A stretch of DNA of 64,000 nt, from NCBI GenBank assembly GCA_032718475.1, contig JAUCBJ010001846.1:537588-601587 (forward strand), written 5' to 3'. The notes under the pieces are model-generated. The model had not been told where the DNA came from. It saw only the letters and a list, made by a program, of their open reading frames with translations, and did not search any database. The position numbers and the translations under genes were made by a program. The DNA comes from Nemertoderma westbladi (taxonomy: Eukaryota > Animalia > Xenacoelomorpha). Positions 32,717-43,885 of the stretch are shown here, piece after piece (the stretch's first letter is position 1; each line of letters opens with the position of its first letter).

Positions 32717-33491
32717 ATGGAGGTTGTAGAATGTATTTTGATACATTTTGGAGGAAGTTTGTTTTATTCACGGGTGATATTCGCCATATAAAGCGTTTTC
32801 CATACATCACTTGGTCTGTTCATAAGCATGATATTGATTATGATGAGGTGCTTGAGGTCTTGCCATTAATTTAATTGGGTGATGTGGAGATTCATCGGGA
32901 TGTTGATTATTTATCAAATGTTGCAATACCAGGGTTTATGAAACATACATGGACTCATATTCAAGATAGTGTATCAAGCCCACAGATTAATAGAGGCAGT
33001 TAGTGAAGGCGTGCTAATGAGAAGTGCCATTTACCTATTTTTTCAGATTATTCGATTATTTTAAGCCCCAAAGGCGTGACTGATGATGAAAGAAAGGGGG
33101 CATGTAAAAAGGCCAAGCAAATTGTTGGGGTGAAATATGATGTGAACTTTAGGTTTGATAGTGAGCAAGAGCTGAAGCATTACACAGGGAAAAACAAAAC
33201 AGATGCCAAAGCGGAGCTTGTTGAAAGCCAACAACATATCAAAAATATGATCATGCCTTTAGCTGTACCGAAACTGTGGCTTATGCTTGGTGGCATAAAC
33301 GGGAGGATTTGTGCATTTATCGCAAGCAAGCAATAGGCAAGCAAGTGATAATGGCGGATGATTTTTTGAATTATAGCTGGAAGATTAAATGGTTGAGTCG
33401 TTCGGTAACATTAGATGCTGCAAAGAAAATGGGTTTGCATGAGCAAGGGCTTTCGATGATTAAGGACTATTTGTCCACACCTAAACGTTAA
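32717..33491 (+). pseudogene. Permuted papain-like NlpC/P60 (YiiX/YebB-like) gene, fragmented
   Basis: Fragments LGDV..H, PGFMKH, IEAVSEGV, GVKYDVNF and FSCTETVAYAW in shifting frames. Confidence 0.55.
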
Positions 33492-33578
33492 GGGAGTCGT
33501 TCAGTCATGTAGAGGCTGCCCTTTAAACAACCCAACAAATTTATTATAATCATCATAAGAATCAATACTTAAAACATA

Positions 33579-34956
33579 ATGCTAAACATGAACAAAACCA
33601 CCCGCTACACCCTAATCCTCACAGCCACTTTACTACTGGGCGGCTGTGGCGGCGGCAGCACCAGTAGTTCAACAGCAGTTACAACCCCCCCGGCGACTAC
33701 TGCCATCTTAAACGACGATTTAGGCACCTTAGAGGCCACCAACAGCGATGGAAGCCCCCACGCCTTTCGCTGGGTAGCAAGTGAAGGCAATGTGACCGGC
33801 ACCCTACAAAGTGTGAGCGACTGGCTTGCTGCCCATGACAATACTTCCGATCTTGTCTTGTCACACGCCTATGGTGTTTCTGATGATGGCAACACCATTG
33901 TGGATCAAACGAGTACCAACCACGCCTACCTCGCCCGGGTGATCCCTGCCTCAACCGCTAACCCCTTGGGGGTAAGGGCAGGGGTTATTTCTCAAAACCA
34001 ATCGGCTAGGGCAGCACTAGCCTTTCAAAACAGCTTGTTGGTACTGGGCACACAAAGTCATTTACTTGACACATCAAATGTTCAAATGGCATCAAGATTG
34101 ACGAACAAACCTTGCCAAAGCCTTGACCAACAACTGACTCATTTACTCAGCCAAAAAACCTGCATAACATTAATAAACACCCCTCAATCCCCTTATCAAC
34201 TGGGCTTTAATCACCGACTGCATCCAAAACTTCATGTAGGATTTAGGGTCTCCATCAAAAAAGAAAACACGACCCAACAACTATACAATCTACAATTTAA
34301 CAACCAATCATCAATTCCTGAAATAGCCGCCCAACTAGAGTACACCCTGGATCAAAACAATAGGATTCATATCGGCTTGAAACACATTCAAAACGATTAT
34401 CACATTAATCGCTTGGCCACAGTCGGAACCGAAAAAGGCAAGGGCAACCTTGACCTACAGGCACAACATTACAGCTTTAGCATCTCGCACAATATACCTA
34501 ATTGGCCTGTATCTATCTTTGGGGGCATTGAACATTACAACCTAACCTATGGTGCATATAATGAGCACTTAACATCGAACAACGTATTTCCACTTCATAT
34601 CATAGCAGGTAACGCCTTAATCAACCGAGCACAAGTAGGGCTCCATGCACAAATCCCCCTTAACAAACAATTGAGCCTTCATTTAGGTGCACAATACTTA
34701 CCGACATGACCCGTCAAATAAGTGGGCTTTATTCAAGGTAGGTAGCTTTGGTCTCATCAATAACCTGACTATGAACAGCGCCCTGGATAAAGGGTATGCC
34801 CTAAACTTGAAATTGAATCATTCCCTTAATCAATATCACCATGTTGAGTTGGGTGTTCAGGTGAGTCGTTCGATGTATTATCAGTCTGAGGCTAGTTATC
34901 AGTTTGGTGTTTTGCAGGTTGTTGGGGTTTCCCTTTCTTTTTTCAGCCATGCTTGA
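33579..34956 (+). pseudogene. Lipoprotein/autotransporter with a HAF-type repeat, frameshifted near the 3' end
   Basis: Lipobox LLLGGC, Ser/Thr linker, DLGTL...HAFRW...AYGVSDDGNTIV, beta-barrel-like C-terminal half; stop at 34709 with continuation in another frame. Confidence 0.65.
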
Positions 34957-36911
34957 AACATTAATACTGCCCATAAGTGGTGAGGCCATTGTCGGTTGCC
35001 TGATAGGTGTTCTGTCCAGGTTTTTTGGATGACTGGATGATGAAAAAAACCTGCTTGTTTAATACTTGATTCGTTTAATAGGTCATCTGCCCATTCACGC
35101 AAAGACCCACGCAACCAGTCACCCACTGGCATAGAAAACCCTTTTTTAGGTTGATTGGTGAGTGTTGGTGGTAGGTATTGTTGAAGCACTTGACGTAAAA
35201 TCCATTTGCCTTGGCCAGCTCGTATTTTCATGTGCAAGGGTAGTTGCCAAGCCAGCTCCAGTACATGGTGGTCAATAAAAGGCATTCTTGTTTCTAGGCT
35301 ATTTGCCATTGATACTCGATCAACTTTGGTGAGAATGCACCCAGGCAGGTAGTTTAGGGTATCGGTGGCCATCATGTAATCGTCAAAATAATTAAAAAAA
35401 GGGGTGGGTGTGTTTTGGTAGTCAAAACCTAGCTCCCCACGGATCAGTAGTTGATCTTTTTTTGACCAATGGCTAATAAAGTAGTGGTACAATGCATTTT
35501 GATCCTTGGTGCTTAACACATTAACCAATTTATTGAGGATATGGGCAAGGTTAGTTTGGTGATATTTTTGAGGCACAATGGGATGTAGTAGTCGGTATAC
35601 TAAGTTCCAATGATGTGCGGGAATTATTTGTATGAACAAACATAATATATTTTTTAATGCACGCGGCATTTTGTTGATGTAGCGCCACAAGTTATGGGTA
35701 TAGCGATAGCGCTTGTACCCCCCAAATAATTCATCACCCCCATCCCCTGATAAGGCAACGCTCACCTGTTGTTTCGCCATTTTTGAAACTAAAAAGGTGG
35801 GGATTTGTGAGCTATCTGAAAAAGGCTCATCATACATAGTGGGTAAATGAGGAATCACAGCTTGCGCCATTTTTTCTGAAACATATAATTCGTGGTGCTC
35901 AGTCCCTAAATGCTTGGCAATTTTTTTGGCAACTTTTGCTTCGTTGTACCTCGGGTCATCAAAGCCAATGCTAAAGGTTTTAATCGGGGTAGATGATTGA
36001 GCTTGCATCAGTGATGCGACACTAGAGGAATCAATCCCCCCTGAGAGAAAACAACCCAAAGGGACATCAGCGATTATTTGTTGTTTAACCGCTTGGCGAA
36101 GCTGTTTATCAAGTGCTTTGATGGCCTGATTATCATTCCCTTTAAATGGTTTTTTTAGGCCAGATTCCACCACACTATCAAAAGACCAGTAGGGTTGAGT
36201 GTGCAGCGCTTGGGGGGTGAGTGTATTACCTTTTAATGCAGCTTGTTTAATTGTGATGATCGTCCCTGGCATGACTTGATGGGTTTTTTGATAAATGGTA
36301 TGAGGCGCTTGGATGTAATGGTATTGCAGCTGCATGGCAATCGCTTCTGGGTTAATTTTTTTAGTAAATGCACCATGGGTCTTTAGAGCACTAAGGGTTG
36401 AGCCAAACATCAGCACGCCGTTTTGGTAAGCGTAATACAGGGGTTTTTCACCGACACGATCACGTGCTAAATAAAGTGTTCGGTGGGTTCGATCCCACAA
36501 GGCAATGGCAAACATCCCCACCGCTTGGGTCAATGTTTTTTGAAGTCCCCAGTGTTCAATGCAAGCCAATAGTGTTTCGGTATCTGAATGCCCACGCCAT
36601 ACAAGTGGGCTTTTGGCGTGTGCCCATTCATTGGACAAAGATTCACGCAAGGTTTGGTGATTATAAATTTCCCCATTAAATACTAAAATATAGTGCCCTG
36701 TGGGTGATTGCATGGGTTGCTTGCCCTGTTTGGATAAATCAATGATCGATAAACGCCGATGCGCCAAGGCCACTTGTGTGTTGAAGTCAAACCAATAGCC
36801 CTCATCGTCTGGGCCGCGGTTTATCAGGTGGCTGTTCATCGCCTTTAAGGTGCTTTCAACCTGCTGCTTACTTAAGCCTTGAAAATTAATAAAACCCGTT
36901 AGCCCACACAT
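34899..36911 (-). CDS. asnB: Asparagine synthase (glutamine-hydrolyzing) family amidotransferase
   Basis: N-terminal MCG, RGPD, HRRLSIID, NGEIYN, LSGGIDSS, SGDGGDELFGGY. Confidence 0.92.
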   Translation of the reverse strand: MCGLTGFINFQGLSKQQVESTLKAMNSHLINRGPDDEGYWFDFNTQVALAHRRLSIIDLSKQGKQPMQSPTGHYILVFNGEIYNHQTLRESLSNEWAHAKSPLVWRGHSDTETLLACIEHWGLQKTLTQAVGMFAIALWDRTHRTLYLARDRVGEKPLYYAYQNGVLMFGSTLSALKTHGAFTKKINPEAIAMQLQYHYIQAPHTIYQKTHQVMPGTIITIKQAALKGNTLTPQALHTQPYWSFDSVVESGLKKPFKGNDNQAIKALDKQLRQAVKQQIIADVPLGCFLSGGIDSSSVASLMQAQSSTPIKTFSIGFDDPRYNEAKVAKKIAKHLGTEHHELYVSEKMAQAVIPHLPTMYDEPFSDSSQIPTFLVSKMAKQQVSVALSGDGGDELFGGYKRYRYTHNLWRYINKMPRALKNILCLFIQIIPAHHWNLVYRLLHPIVPQKYHQTNLAHILNKLVNVLSTKDQNALYHYFISHWSKKDQLLIRGELGFDYQNTPTPFFNYFDDYMMATDTLNYLPGCILTKVDRVSMANSLETRMPFIDHHVLELAWQLPLHMKIRAGQGKWILRQVLQQYLPPTLTNQPKKGFSMPVGDWLRGSLREWADDLLNESSIKQAGFFHHPVIQKTWTEHLSGNRQWPHHLWAVLMFQAWLKKERETPTTCKTPN

Positions 36912-36973
36912 GCTTATCGGTTAATAAGTTAAGAAAACAGTTTGCGCATATTGCAAGTTCATCAGTACTGTCG

Positions 36974-37492
36974 TTAATCGTTAGGTGCGCGTAAAATTAA
37001 GGTATTATTTTTTTGCTCAATGGTTAAATTTTTTAGAAAACTAACCCCTAATAAAGCCCCATCTAATGCTTGGTCTGGCATGATTGCCCCTTTCACATTT
37101 TTCACAACAAGTCCGCCTATTTCAATGGATGGAATATTCACTAAATACCCCTGCACAATGCCATTGGCGGTGTTAAAAGATTGGACAGTTCCTGTTTTGG
37201 GAAGCCTTGATCGGTTGGCGACTGACTGAGGCAATGCGACCAGTGTTGCCCCTGTGTCGACCAAAAATGTGACCGCGTATCGACCAATGTAACCGGTTGC
37301 CACATAGTGGCCTTGTTGGTTGGCCTCCAAGCGAACGCTGGTTGTATCATTGCCATAACGGGTTTCCACTTTATGGTTGGGGTTATAGGCATGTTGAATT
37401 TGTTTTTCAAACAGGGCATAAAATACAAGTAGCAAAAAAATACTGGCGACCCAGCCCAGTGTTTTGCCAAATTTTTTATTTTGATTGGACAT
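36974..37492 (-). CDS. Retropepsin-like aspartyl protease (TIGR02281 type)
   Basis: N-terminal TM, GHY, FLVDTGAT, TANG, LLGVSFL. Confidence 0.9.
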   Translation of the reverse strand: MSNQNKKFGKTLGWVASIFLLLVFYALFEKQIQHAYNPNHKVETRYGNDTTSVRLEANQQGHYVATGYIGRYAVTFLVDTGATLVALPQSVANRSRLPKTGTVQSFNTANGIVQGYLVNIPSIEIGGLVVKNVKGAIMPDQALDGALLGVSFLKNLTIEQKNNTLILRAPND

Positions 37493-37568
37493 GATTCAAA
37501 TTATTTTTAATTTTGTTGTGAATTGGTAATCAATTTTTTATGATGAGTCCATCATAGGATGAACAATT

Positions 37569-38180
37569 ATGTTAAAAAAGTATTTTATTGCAGGGCTGTT
37601 TTTTTGGCTACCATTGATTTTAATCTTTTTTTTGGCGAAGTTTTTTTTGGACGTGTTTGATCAAATGTATTACTGGCTTCCACCTCAGTACAGATTAGGC
37701 GGTGTGTTTGAAAATTACATTCCAGGCATTGGGGCGTTGTTGTTTCTTCTACTAACAGTGCTAACAGGGTTTTTAGCCGTCAGTATTTTAGGCACAAAAT
37801 TAATGCAATTTTGGGAAAGTTTGCTGGAAAAAGTACCCGTATTAGGCAAGCTTTATAGTGCCATACGTCAAATACTGTTGGCTTTTTCTCAAAGCAGTGA
37901 CAGCTTTCAGCAGGTGGTGTTGACTCAATACCCTAGGGAAGGAACTTATGTCATGGCTTTTAAAACCAATGAATTTGTGGGTGATGATCATAAACGTTAT
38001 GTGAGTATTTTTGTGCCTACAACCCCTAACCCAACCTCTGGTTTTTTATTAATTAGCCGAGACGATCAGGTTGTTAGGCTTGATATCAGTGTGGAGGAGG
38101 CCTTTAAAATCATCATCTCAGGGGGGGTGGTGATTGACAAAGTGCAGTGGGAAAACTTGCGTCAAAAAATGTTAATATAG
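37569..38180 (+). CDS. DUF502 membrane protein
   Basis: YFIAGL, YPREG, FVPTTPNPTSGF; upstream of aspS. Confidence 0.9.
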   Translation: MLKKYFIAGLFFWLPLILIFFLAKFFLDVFDQMYYWLPPQYRLGGVFENYIPGIGALLFLLLTVLTGFLAVSILGTKLMQFWESLLEKVPVLGKLYSAIRQILLAFSQSSDSFQQVVLTQYPREGTYVMAFKTNEFVGDDHKRYVSIFVPTTPNPTSGFLLISRDDQVVRLDISVEEAFKIIISGGVVIDKVQWENLRQKMLI

Positions 38181-38202
38181 TCTGCTCAATCACCCAAACC
38201 TT

Positions 38203-39972
38203 ATGAAAACACATTATTGTCAAGCCATTAACTTAAAAGCGGTTGACACACGACCAACCGTATGTGGCTGGGTCTTAAGTTCACGTGATCATGGTGGCAT
38301 TGTATTTATTGACTTGCGTGATTCAACAGGTGTTTTGCAATTGGTTTTTGACCCTGATACCTCCCCCCAGCAGGTTAAAGCAGCTGCTATGCTCAAAAAT
38401 GAAAGCGTCATTCAGATCACAGGCGTGGTACGAAAACGGCCTGAAGGCACCGTTAATGTCGATATTCAAACAGGTTCAGTTGAATTAATGGTTGAAAAAC
38501 TAACCATCCTAAACGCTGCTCAAAGTTTACCTTTTGCCCTTGATGATGCAGTTAGTGAGGAGGTACGTTTAACGTATCGCTACCTAGACATCAGACGAAA
38601 AAAAATGCGAGATAACCTCAAACTTCGTTCAGATGTTTTCTACCAAATTAACCAATTTTTACATCAACACCGCTTTCAATTTGTTGAAACCCCGGTGCTT
38701 ACAAAATCCACCCCCGAAGGGGCAAGAGACTTTTTAGTGCCCACTCGTGGGTATCATGGTAGTGCATTTGCCTTGCCCCAATCGCCCCAGCTTTTTAAAC
38801 AACTACTGATGGTTTCAGGGATTGATCGGTATTATCAAATTGTGAAATGTTTTCGTGATGAAGACCTACGTGCCGACAGGCAACCCGAATTTACACAACT
38901 TGACCTTGAAATGGCCTTTGTGACCGAGCAAGATGTCATGGACATAGGCGAGCAATTGGTTCGTCAATTATTCAAAAAACAGCTCAATATTGAATTGCCT
39001 GAATTTCAAATCATGACCTACTTCCAGTCGATGGAAAAATTCGGCACCGATGCACCTGACCTGCGAAACCCCCTTGAATTTTTTGATATCAAACCCTTAA
39101 TGAAATCCGTTGAATTTAAAGTATTTAGCCAACCCGCTAATGATCCATGCTCAAAAGTAGTGGTCATGCTTGTGCCAGGGGGAGCTGCTATGACGCGTAA
39201 AACAATTGATGATTACACAAACCTTGTGGGTCAGTATGGTGCCAAAGGACTTGCCTATATTCGGATTAACGCTATTGAAAAAGGAACAGAAGGTCTTCAA
39301 TCGCCCATTCTTAAATTTTTAGATGAAAAAACCATTGATGCCATCTTGGATAAAACAAAAGCAAAAACAGGCGATTTACTATTTTTTGGAGCAGGTAAAA
39401 AAAATATAGTCAACGATAGTTTTTGTGCACTGCGCAATCAATTGGGGCGTGACCTTCATTTACTCAAAACCGATTGGGCGCCCGTTTGGATTATTGATTT
39501 CCCCATGTTTGATGAAAGAGAACAAAAACTCACTGCCAACCACCACCCCTTTACCTTACCAAAAGACGACAAAGCAGGGCTTGAATCACCCAAAAATTGC
39601 TTATCGCATGCCTATGACTTGGTGCTCAACGGCCATGAAGTGGGGGGAGGATCGCTTCGTATTCATGATGCTCAGTTACAAACACAAGTCTTAGGGCTTT
39701 GTGGCTTAAGTGATGAGCAAATTAAACAACAATTTGGGTTTTTTATTCGAGCACTATCACTAGGCGCACCGCCGCATGGGGGCATGGCAATCGGTTTAGA
39801 TAGGCTTTTAATGTTGATGGGCAACACCCACAACATTCGCGATGTGATCGCCTTTCCTAAAACCCAATCGGGGCGCTGTTTGCTAACCGAGGCGCCTTCG
39901 GTTATATCAGAAGAGCAACTCAAAGAACTTTCCATTCGTTTACTAAAAAAGCAACCACCATCATCAAAATAA
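38203..39972 (+). CDS. aspS: Aspartate--tRNA ligase
   Basis: RDHGG, TPEGARDF, FRDEDLRADRQPEFTQ, PPHGG. Confidence 0.99.
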   Translation: MKTHYCQAINLKAVDTRPTVCGWVLSSRDHGGIVFIDLRDSTGVLQLVFDPDTSPQQVKAAAMLKNESVIQITGVVRKRPEGTVNVDIQTGSVELMVEKLTILNAAQSLPFALDDAVSEEVRLTYRYLDIRRKKMRDNLKLRSDVFYQINQFLHQHRFQFVETPVLTKSTPEGARDFLVPTRGYHGSAFALPQSPQLFKQLLMVSGIDRYYQIVKCFRDEDLRADRQPEFTQLDLEMAFVTEQDVMDIGEQLVRQLFKKQLNIELPEFQIMTYFQSMEKFGTDAPDLRNPLEFFDIKPLMKSVEFKVFSQPANDPCSKVVVMLVPGGAAMTRKTIDDYTNLVGQYGAKGLAYIRINAIEKGTEGLQSPILKFLDEKTIDAILDKTKAKTGDLLFFGAGKKNIVNDSFCALRNQLGRDLHLLKTDWAPVWIIDFPMFDEREQKLTANHHPFTLPKDDKAGLESPKNCLSHAYDLVLNGHEVGGGSLRIHDAQLQTQVLGLCGLSDEQIKQQFGFFIRALSLGAPPHGGMAIGLDRLLMLMGNTHNIRDVIAFPKTQSGRCLLTEAPSVISEEQLKELSIRLLKKQPPSSK

Positions 39973-39976
39973 GGGC

Positions 39977-41038
39977 ATGATTCACCCCTCTCAATATCAA
40001 AAACTACAAGCGTTGGGTATTCCAATCCCCCTATCAAATGAGAAAGCGGATTTTAATCAAAAACGTTTCAACCAACTATGTCAGCAAATTCGTGAAAACA
40101 ACATTTGTGTATTAGCCCATTATTATGTCGATGAACACCTTCAAAAACTGGCTGAAAAAACCGGTGGCATTGTCTCAGATTCTTTGGAGATGGCCAAATT
40201 TGGTGCCAACTCAACTGCCGATACCCTCATTGTGTGTGGCGTTAAGTTTATGGGGGAGACGGCCAAAATACTCACCTTTAACAAACAAATTCTCATGCCT
40301 GATTTGGATGCTCAATGTTCATTGGATTTAAGCTGCCCGCTAGATCAATTTCAAACATTTTGTAATGACCATCCTGGTCGAACTGTGGTTGTGTATGCCA
40401 ACACCTCTGCTCAAATCAAGGGTATGGCCGATTGGGTGGTGACCTCTAGCATTGCCATAGACGTGATCAAACACCTAAAAGCTAGGGATAAGAAAATCAT
40501 CTGGGGGCCCGATAAATACCTAGGGGATTACCTACAAAAACAAACTGGGGCTGATATGTTGCTGTGGGATGGGGCTTGTATTGTGCATGAATCGTTTCAA
40601 ATAGAGGGTTTGGAAAAACTATTACAACAATACCCCGAAGCGGCACTAATTGCTCACCCCGAATCCCCTCCTGCCATTTTAGAAAAGGCTTGTGTGATCG
40701 GTTCCACCAGTCGGCTCATTCAAGCAAGCTGTGAGCTACCCAACAACACCCTCATTGTGGGCACAGACCCTGGCATTTTATACCAAATGAAAAAAGCCTC
40801 GCCCCATAAAACATTTTTACCCACCCCCACAGGCGGGCATGGGGCCACCTGCCAAAGCTGTAATTTTTGCCCATGGATGGCGATGAACAGCTTGGAGGGA
40901 ATAGAAAATTGTTTAAAAGAACCACATCAACATGAAATTCAACTACCCCGTCAAATTGCTATTAATGCTGCCAAGCCCATTCAAAAAATGCTTACATTTG
41001 CCAAACAACTACAACTACCCACCGATGGGAACGCTTGA
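39977..41038 (+). CDS. nadA: Quinolinate synthase
   Basis: AHYY, DSLEMA, CSL, YANTSA, CIVHE, HPE, CPWMAMN. Confidence 0.97.
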   Translation: MIHPSQYQKLQALGIPIPLSNEKADFNQKRFNQLCQQIRENNICVLAHYYVDEHLQKLAEKTGGIVSDSLEMAKFGANSTADTLIVCGVKFMGETAKILTFNKQILMPDLDAQCSLDLSCPLDQFQTFCNDHPGRTVVVYANTSAQIKGMADWVVTSSIAIDVIKHLKARDKKIIWGPDKYLGDYLQKQTGADMLLWDGACIVHESFQIEGLEKLLQQYPEAALIAHPESPPAILEKACVIGSTSRLIQASCELPNNTLIVGTDPGILYQMKKASPHKTFLPTPTGGHGATCQSCNFCPWMAMNSLEGIENCLKEPHQHEIQLPRQIAINAAKPIQKMLTFAKQLQLPTDGNA

Positions 41039-41070
41039 TGAAACCAACAACCATGAAAGGGGTATAGTGG

Positions 41071-41790
41071 ATGGCTGGCCATAGTAAATGGAATAACATT
41101 CAGCACCGAAAAGGCGCCCAAGATGCCAAGCGCAGTAAAATTTTCACCAAACTAATTCGTGAAATCACCGTGGCCGCTAAAATGGGTGACCCCAACCCTG
41201 AATTTAACCCCCGTTTGCGTCACGTTATTGATAAAGCCTTGGCCGCCAATATGACCAAAGACCGAATTGATCATGCCATTAAAAAAGGCTCAGGGGAGAT
41301 CGAAGGGGTGAATTATGAACAAATCACCTACGAAGGTCATGGCCCTTTTGGCGTGGCTTTGGTGATTGAATGTTTAACCGATAATAAAAACCGTACCGTG
41401 TCAGATATTCGTCATGCTTTAAACAAAAAAGGAGGCAGTTTAGGGACTAGCGGTTCAGCCGCTTATTTGTTTAATAAAAAGGGGTATTTGTTGATAGAGG
41501 TGACAGAGGATCAAGCCCTTGAGCTTAGTGTAGACTTCCCCATTGAAGATATCGAACCGCAGGGGGAACACACCCTGATTATTACCCCCCCTGATGACAC
41601 CTTGATAAAATTAAAAACGATCATCAAAGCGAAAGGGTATGAAATTATTGACTGTGATTTTGACCTTCAACCCACTACCTACCTTGATCTTTCAGGCGAT
41701 CAACAACAAACCACTTTATCGTTAATTGAACAGTTAGAAGATTTAGATGATGTTCAAAACGTTCATGCAAACATCAAACTAAATGAATAA
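41071..41790 (+). CDS. yebC: YebC/PmpR family protein
   Basis: MAGHSKW..IQHRK, YEG.GP.G, TDNKNRT. Confidence 0.96.
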   Translation: MAGHSKWNNIQHRKGAQDAKRSKIFTKLIREITVAAKMGDPNPEFNPRLRHVIDKALAANMTKDRIDHAIKKGSGEIEGVNYEQITYEGHGPFGVALVIECLTDNKNRTVSDIRHALNKKGGSLGTSGSAAYLFNKKGYLLIEVTEDQALELSVDFPIEDIEPQGEHTLIITPPDDTLIKLKTIIKAKGYEIIDCDFDLQPTTYLDLSGDQQQTTLSLIEQLEDLDDVQNVHANIKLNE

Positions 41791-42280
41791 AAAACAAACC
41801 ATTTTGGGCATTGACCCAGGGACACGTACCACCGGCTACGGGGTGGTAGAATTTAGTGGCAATCAGTTGAGCTACATCACCAGTGGGGTGTTATCAGCTA
41901 AAGGTGAACTCAACGATCGGTTGTACGAAATGTTTAAATCGCTCAAAAACATTGCTGTCACCCATCAACCCACCAGCGTGGCGATTGAAACAAGCTTTGT
42001 ACATAAAAATGTGGCCACCGCCATTAAATTGGGCCAAGCACGCGGCATGTTAGTTGTTGCGGCCAAATCAGCCCATGAATCAGCTTTAGTTTATGAATAT
42101 ACCCCCAGACAAATCAAGCAGAATTTAACAGGTCATGGCGGGGCCGATAAATCACAAGTTAGTCATATGGTTGGGCTGCTTTTAAACATTAAACAGTCGA
42201 TTCAAGCCGATGCAGCCGATGCCTTGGGGTGCGCGCTTTGCCATTACAACCACCATCAACTACTGGACAAAATAGCATGA
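41783..42280 (+). CDS. ruvC: Holliday junction resolvase
   Basis: ILGIDPG, KLGQARG, DAADAL. Confidence 0.97.
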   Translation: MNKKQTILGIDPGTRTTGYGVVEFSGNQLSYITSGVLSAKGELNDRLYEMFKSLKNIAVTHQPTSVAIETSFVHKNVATAIKLGQARGMLVVAAKSAHESALVYEYTPRQIKQNLTGHGGADKSQVSHMVGLLLNIKQSIQADAADALGCALCHYNHHQLLDKIA

Positions 42281-42876
42281 TTGGTTTGTTAAAAGGCACA
42301 TTACAAACCACCTACCTCGACCTACACACAGTCATTTTAATGGTAGGATCTGTCGGGTATGAGCTACTTTGCCCAACCAATGTATTGGGTCTGGCGACAA
42401 AAAAACCGATCACCCTCTACACGCATCTGCAATGGAAAGACGATGGGCCAGTGCTTTATGGGTTCGTTAGCCTTGATGAGCGTAACTTGTTTCGAATATT
42501 GCTTAAAATAGCAGGGGTGGGGGGCAAAACTGCCTTGGCGATTTTATCTCAATTCTCGCCTGATCAACTACTTGAAGTGATTGTTGCTAAAGCGATCAAC
42601 ACCCTGACACAAGTCCCTGGCATTGGCCAAAAAAGTGCCCAGCGTGTTTTGTTAGAGCTTGAAAATCACCAAAAAACCATTGGCACAATGTGCAGGGGGG
42701 GTGATATAAAAGCTGCTCCCATAAGTGATCATGATCGATCAGTTTATGAATCAGCCCGTGAAGCATTGGCAGGCTTAGGGTTTAAAGAAAGCGAAATATA
42801 CAATCTACTCAAAAATATTGACCTAAGCGACCATAACTTAGAGCAGGTGATACAAATGGCACTGAAAAATGCCTGA
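42277..42876 (+). CDS. ruvA: Holliday junction branch migration protein
   Basis: MIGLLKG, VGYE, LYGF, HhH motifs GVGGK and GIGQK; start at the ATG overlapping the ruvC stop. Confidence 0.95.
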   Translation: MIGLLKGTLQTTYLDLHTVILMVGSVGYELLCPTNVLGLATKKPITLYTHLQWKDDGPVLYGFVSLDERNLFRILLKIAGVGGKTALAILSQFSPDQLLEVIVAKAINTLTQVPGIGQKSAQRVLLELENHQKTIGTMCRGGDIKAAPISDHDRSVYESAREALAGLGFKESEIYNLLKNIDLSDHNLEQVIQMALKNA

Positions 42877-43885
42877 ACCAACCCAACCTAATCGCACTGC
42901 AGGTGATGAGCAAACAACACCCTTGGTGGCCCAACTAATACGACCCCTTTCAATGGCTGATTACATTGGTCAAACTCATATTAAAAAACAAATGAAAATC
43001 TCGATCAAAGCCGCAAGCGATCGAGAAGAACACCTAGACCACACCCTGCTTTACGGCCCACCGGGTTTGGGGAAAACCTCGCTTGCCAATGTGATTGCCC
43101 ATGAAATGAACGCCCAACTTCACACCAGTTCAGGCCCTGTGCTTGAACGCGCAGGCGATTTGGCTGCCATTTTGAGCCGATTTAACCCAAACGATATTTT
43201 ATTTATTGATGAAATTCACCGCTTGCCTGCTACGGTGGAAGAAATGCTTTACTGTGCCATGGAAGACTTTAAAATTGACTTAATGCTCGGTGAAGGGCCA
43301 GCGGCTAGAAACGTGCGCATTGATATTGCGCCTTTCACACTCATTGGTGCCACAACGCGTGCGGGGATGCTAACCCCCCCCTTGTTAGATCGTTTTGGCA
43401 TACAACATCGATTATTGTTTTACAAAATTGAGGAGCTTTCTAAAATTATTCATCGCTCTGCCAACATACTTGACATCGAAATAAACCATGAAGGGGCCGT
43501 TGAAATTGCCAAACGCTCGCGCGGCACCCCACGCATTGCCAACCGCTTGCTTAAGCGCGTGCGTGATTATGCTGATATTCAGCGCCAACCCATTGACCTT
43601 GCCTTGGCTTCCCATGCCCTAAATGAGCTTGAAATTGATCACAGTGGTTTAAATGCGTTGGATCGCCATTACATTCGATCAATCCTTGAAAAATTTAGTG
43701 GGGGCCCTGTGGGGATTGAAACATTAGCCACTGTGCTGCGAGACACCAAAGAAACCTTAGAAGATGTGATCGAACCTTATCTAATTCAAGCAGGTTTTTT
43801 AATGCGAACCAGTCGTGGGCGGGTATTAACACAGAAAAGTTATTTGCACTTTGGCATGACACCGCCTGAGCCTCCCCAAGCATGA
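42869..43885 (+). CDS. ruvB: Holliday junction DNA helicase
   Basis: GPPGLGKT, FIDEIHR, GATTRAG, RGTPRIANRLL. Confidence 0.99.
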   Translation: MPEPTQPNRTAGDEQTTPLVAQLIRPLSMADYIGQTHIKKQMKISIKAASDREEHLDHTLLYGPPGLGKTSLANVIAHEMNAQLHTSSGPVLERAGDLAAILSRFNPNDILFIDEIHRLPATVEEMLYCAMEDFKIDLMLGEGPAARNVRIDIAPFTLIGATTRAGMLTPPLLDRFGIQHRLLFYKIEELSKIIHRSANILDIEINHEGAVEIAKRSRGTPRIANRLLKRVRDYADIQRQPIDLALASHALNELEIDHSGLNALDRHYIRSILEKFSGGPVGIETLATVLRDTKETLEDVIEPYLIQAGFLMRTSRGRVLTQKSYLHFGMTPPEPPQA

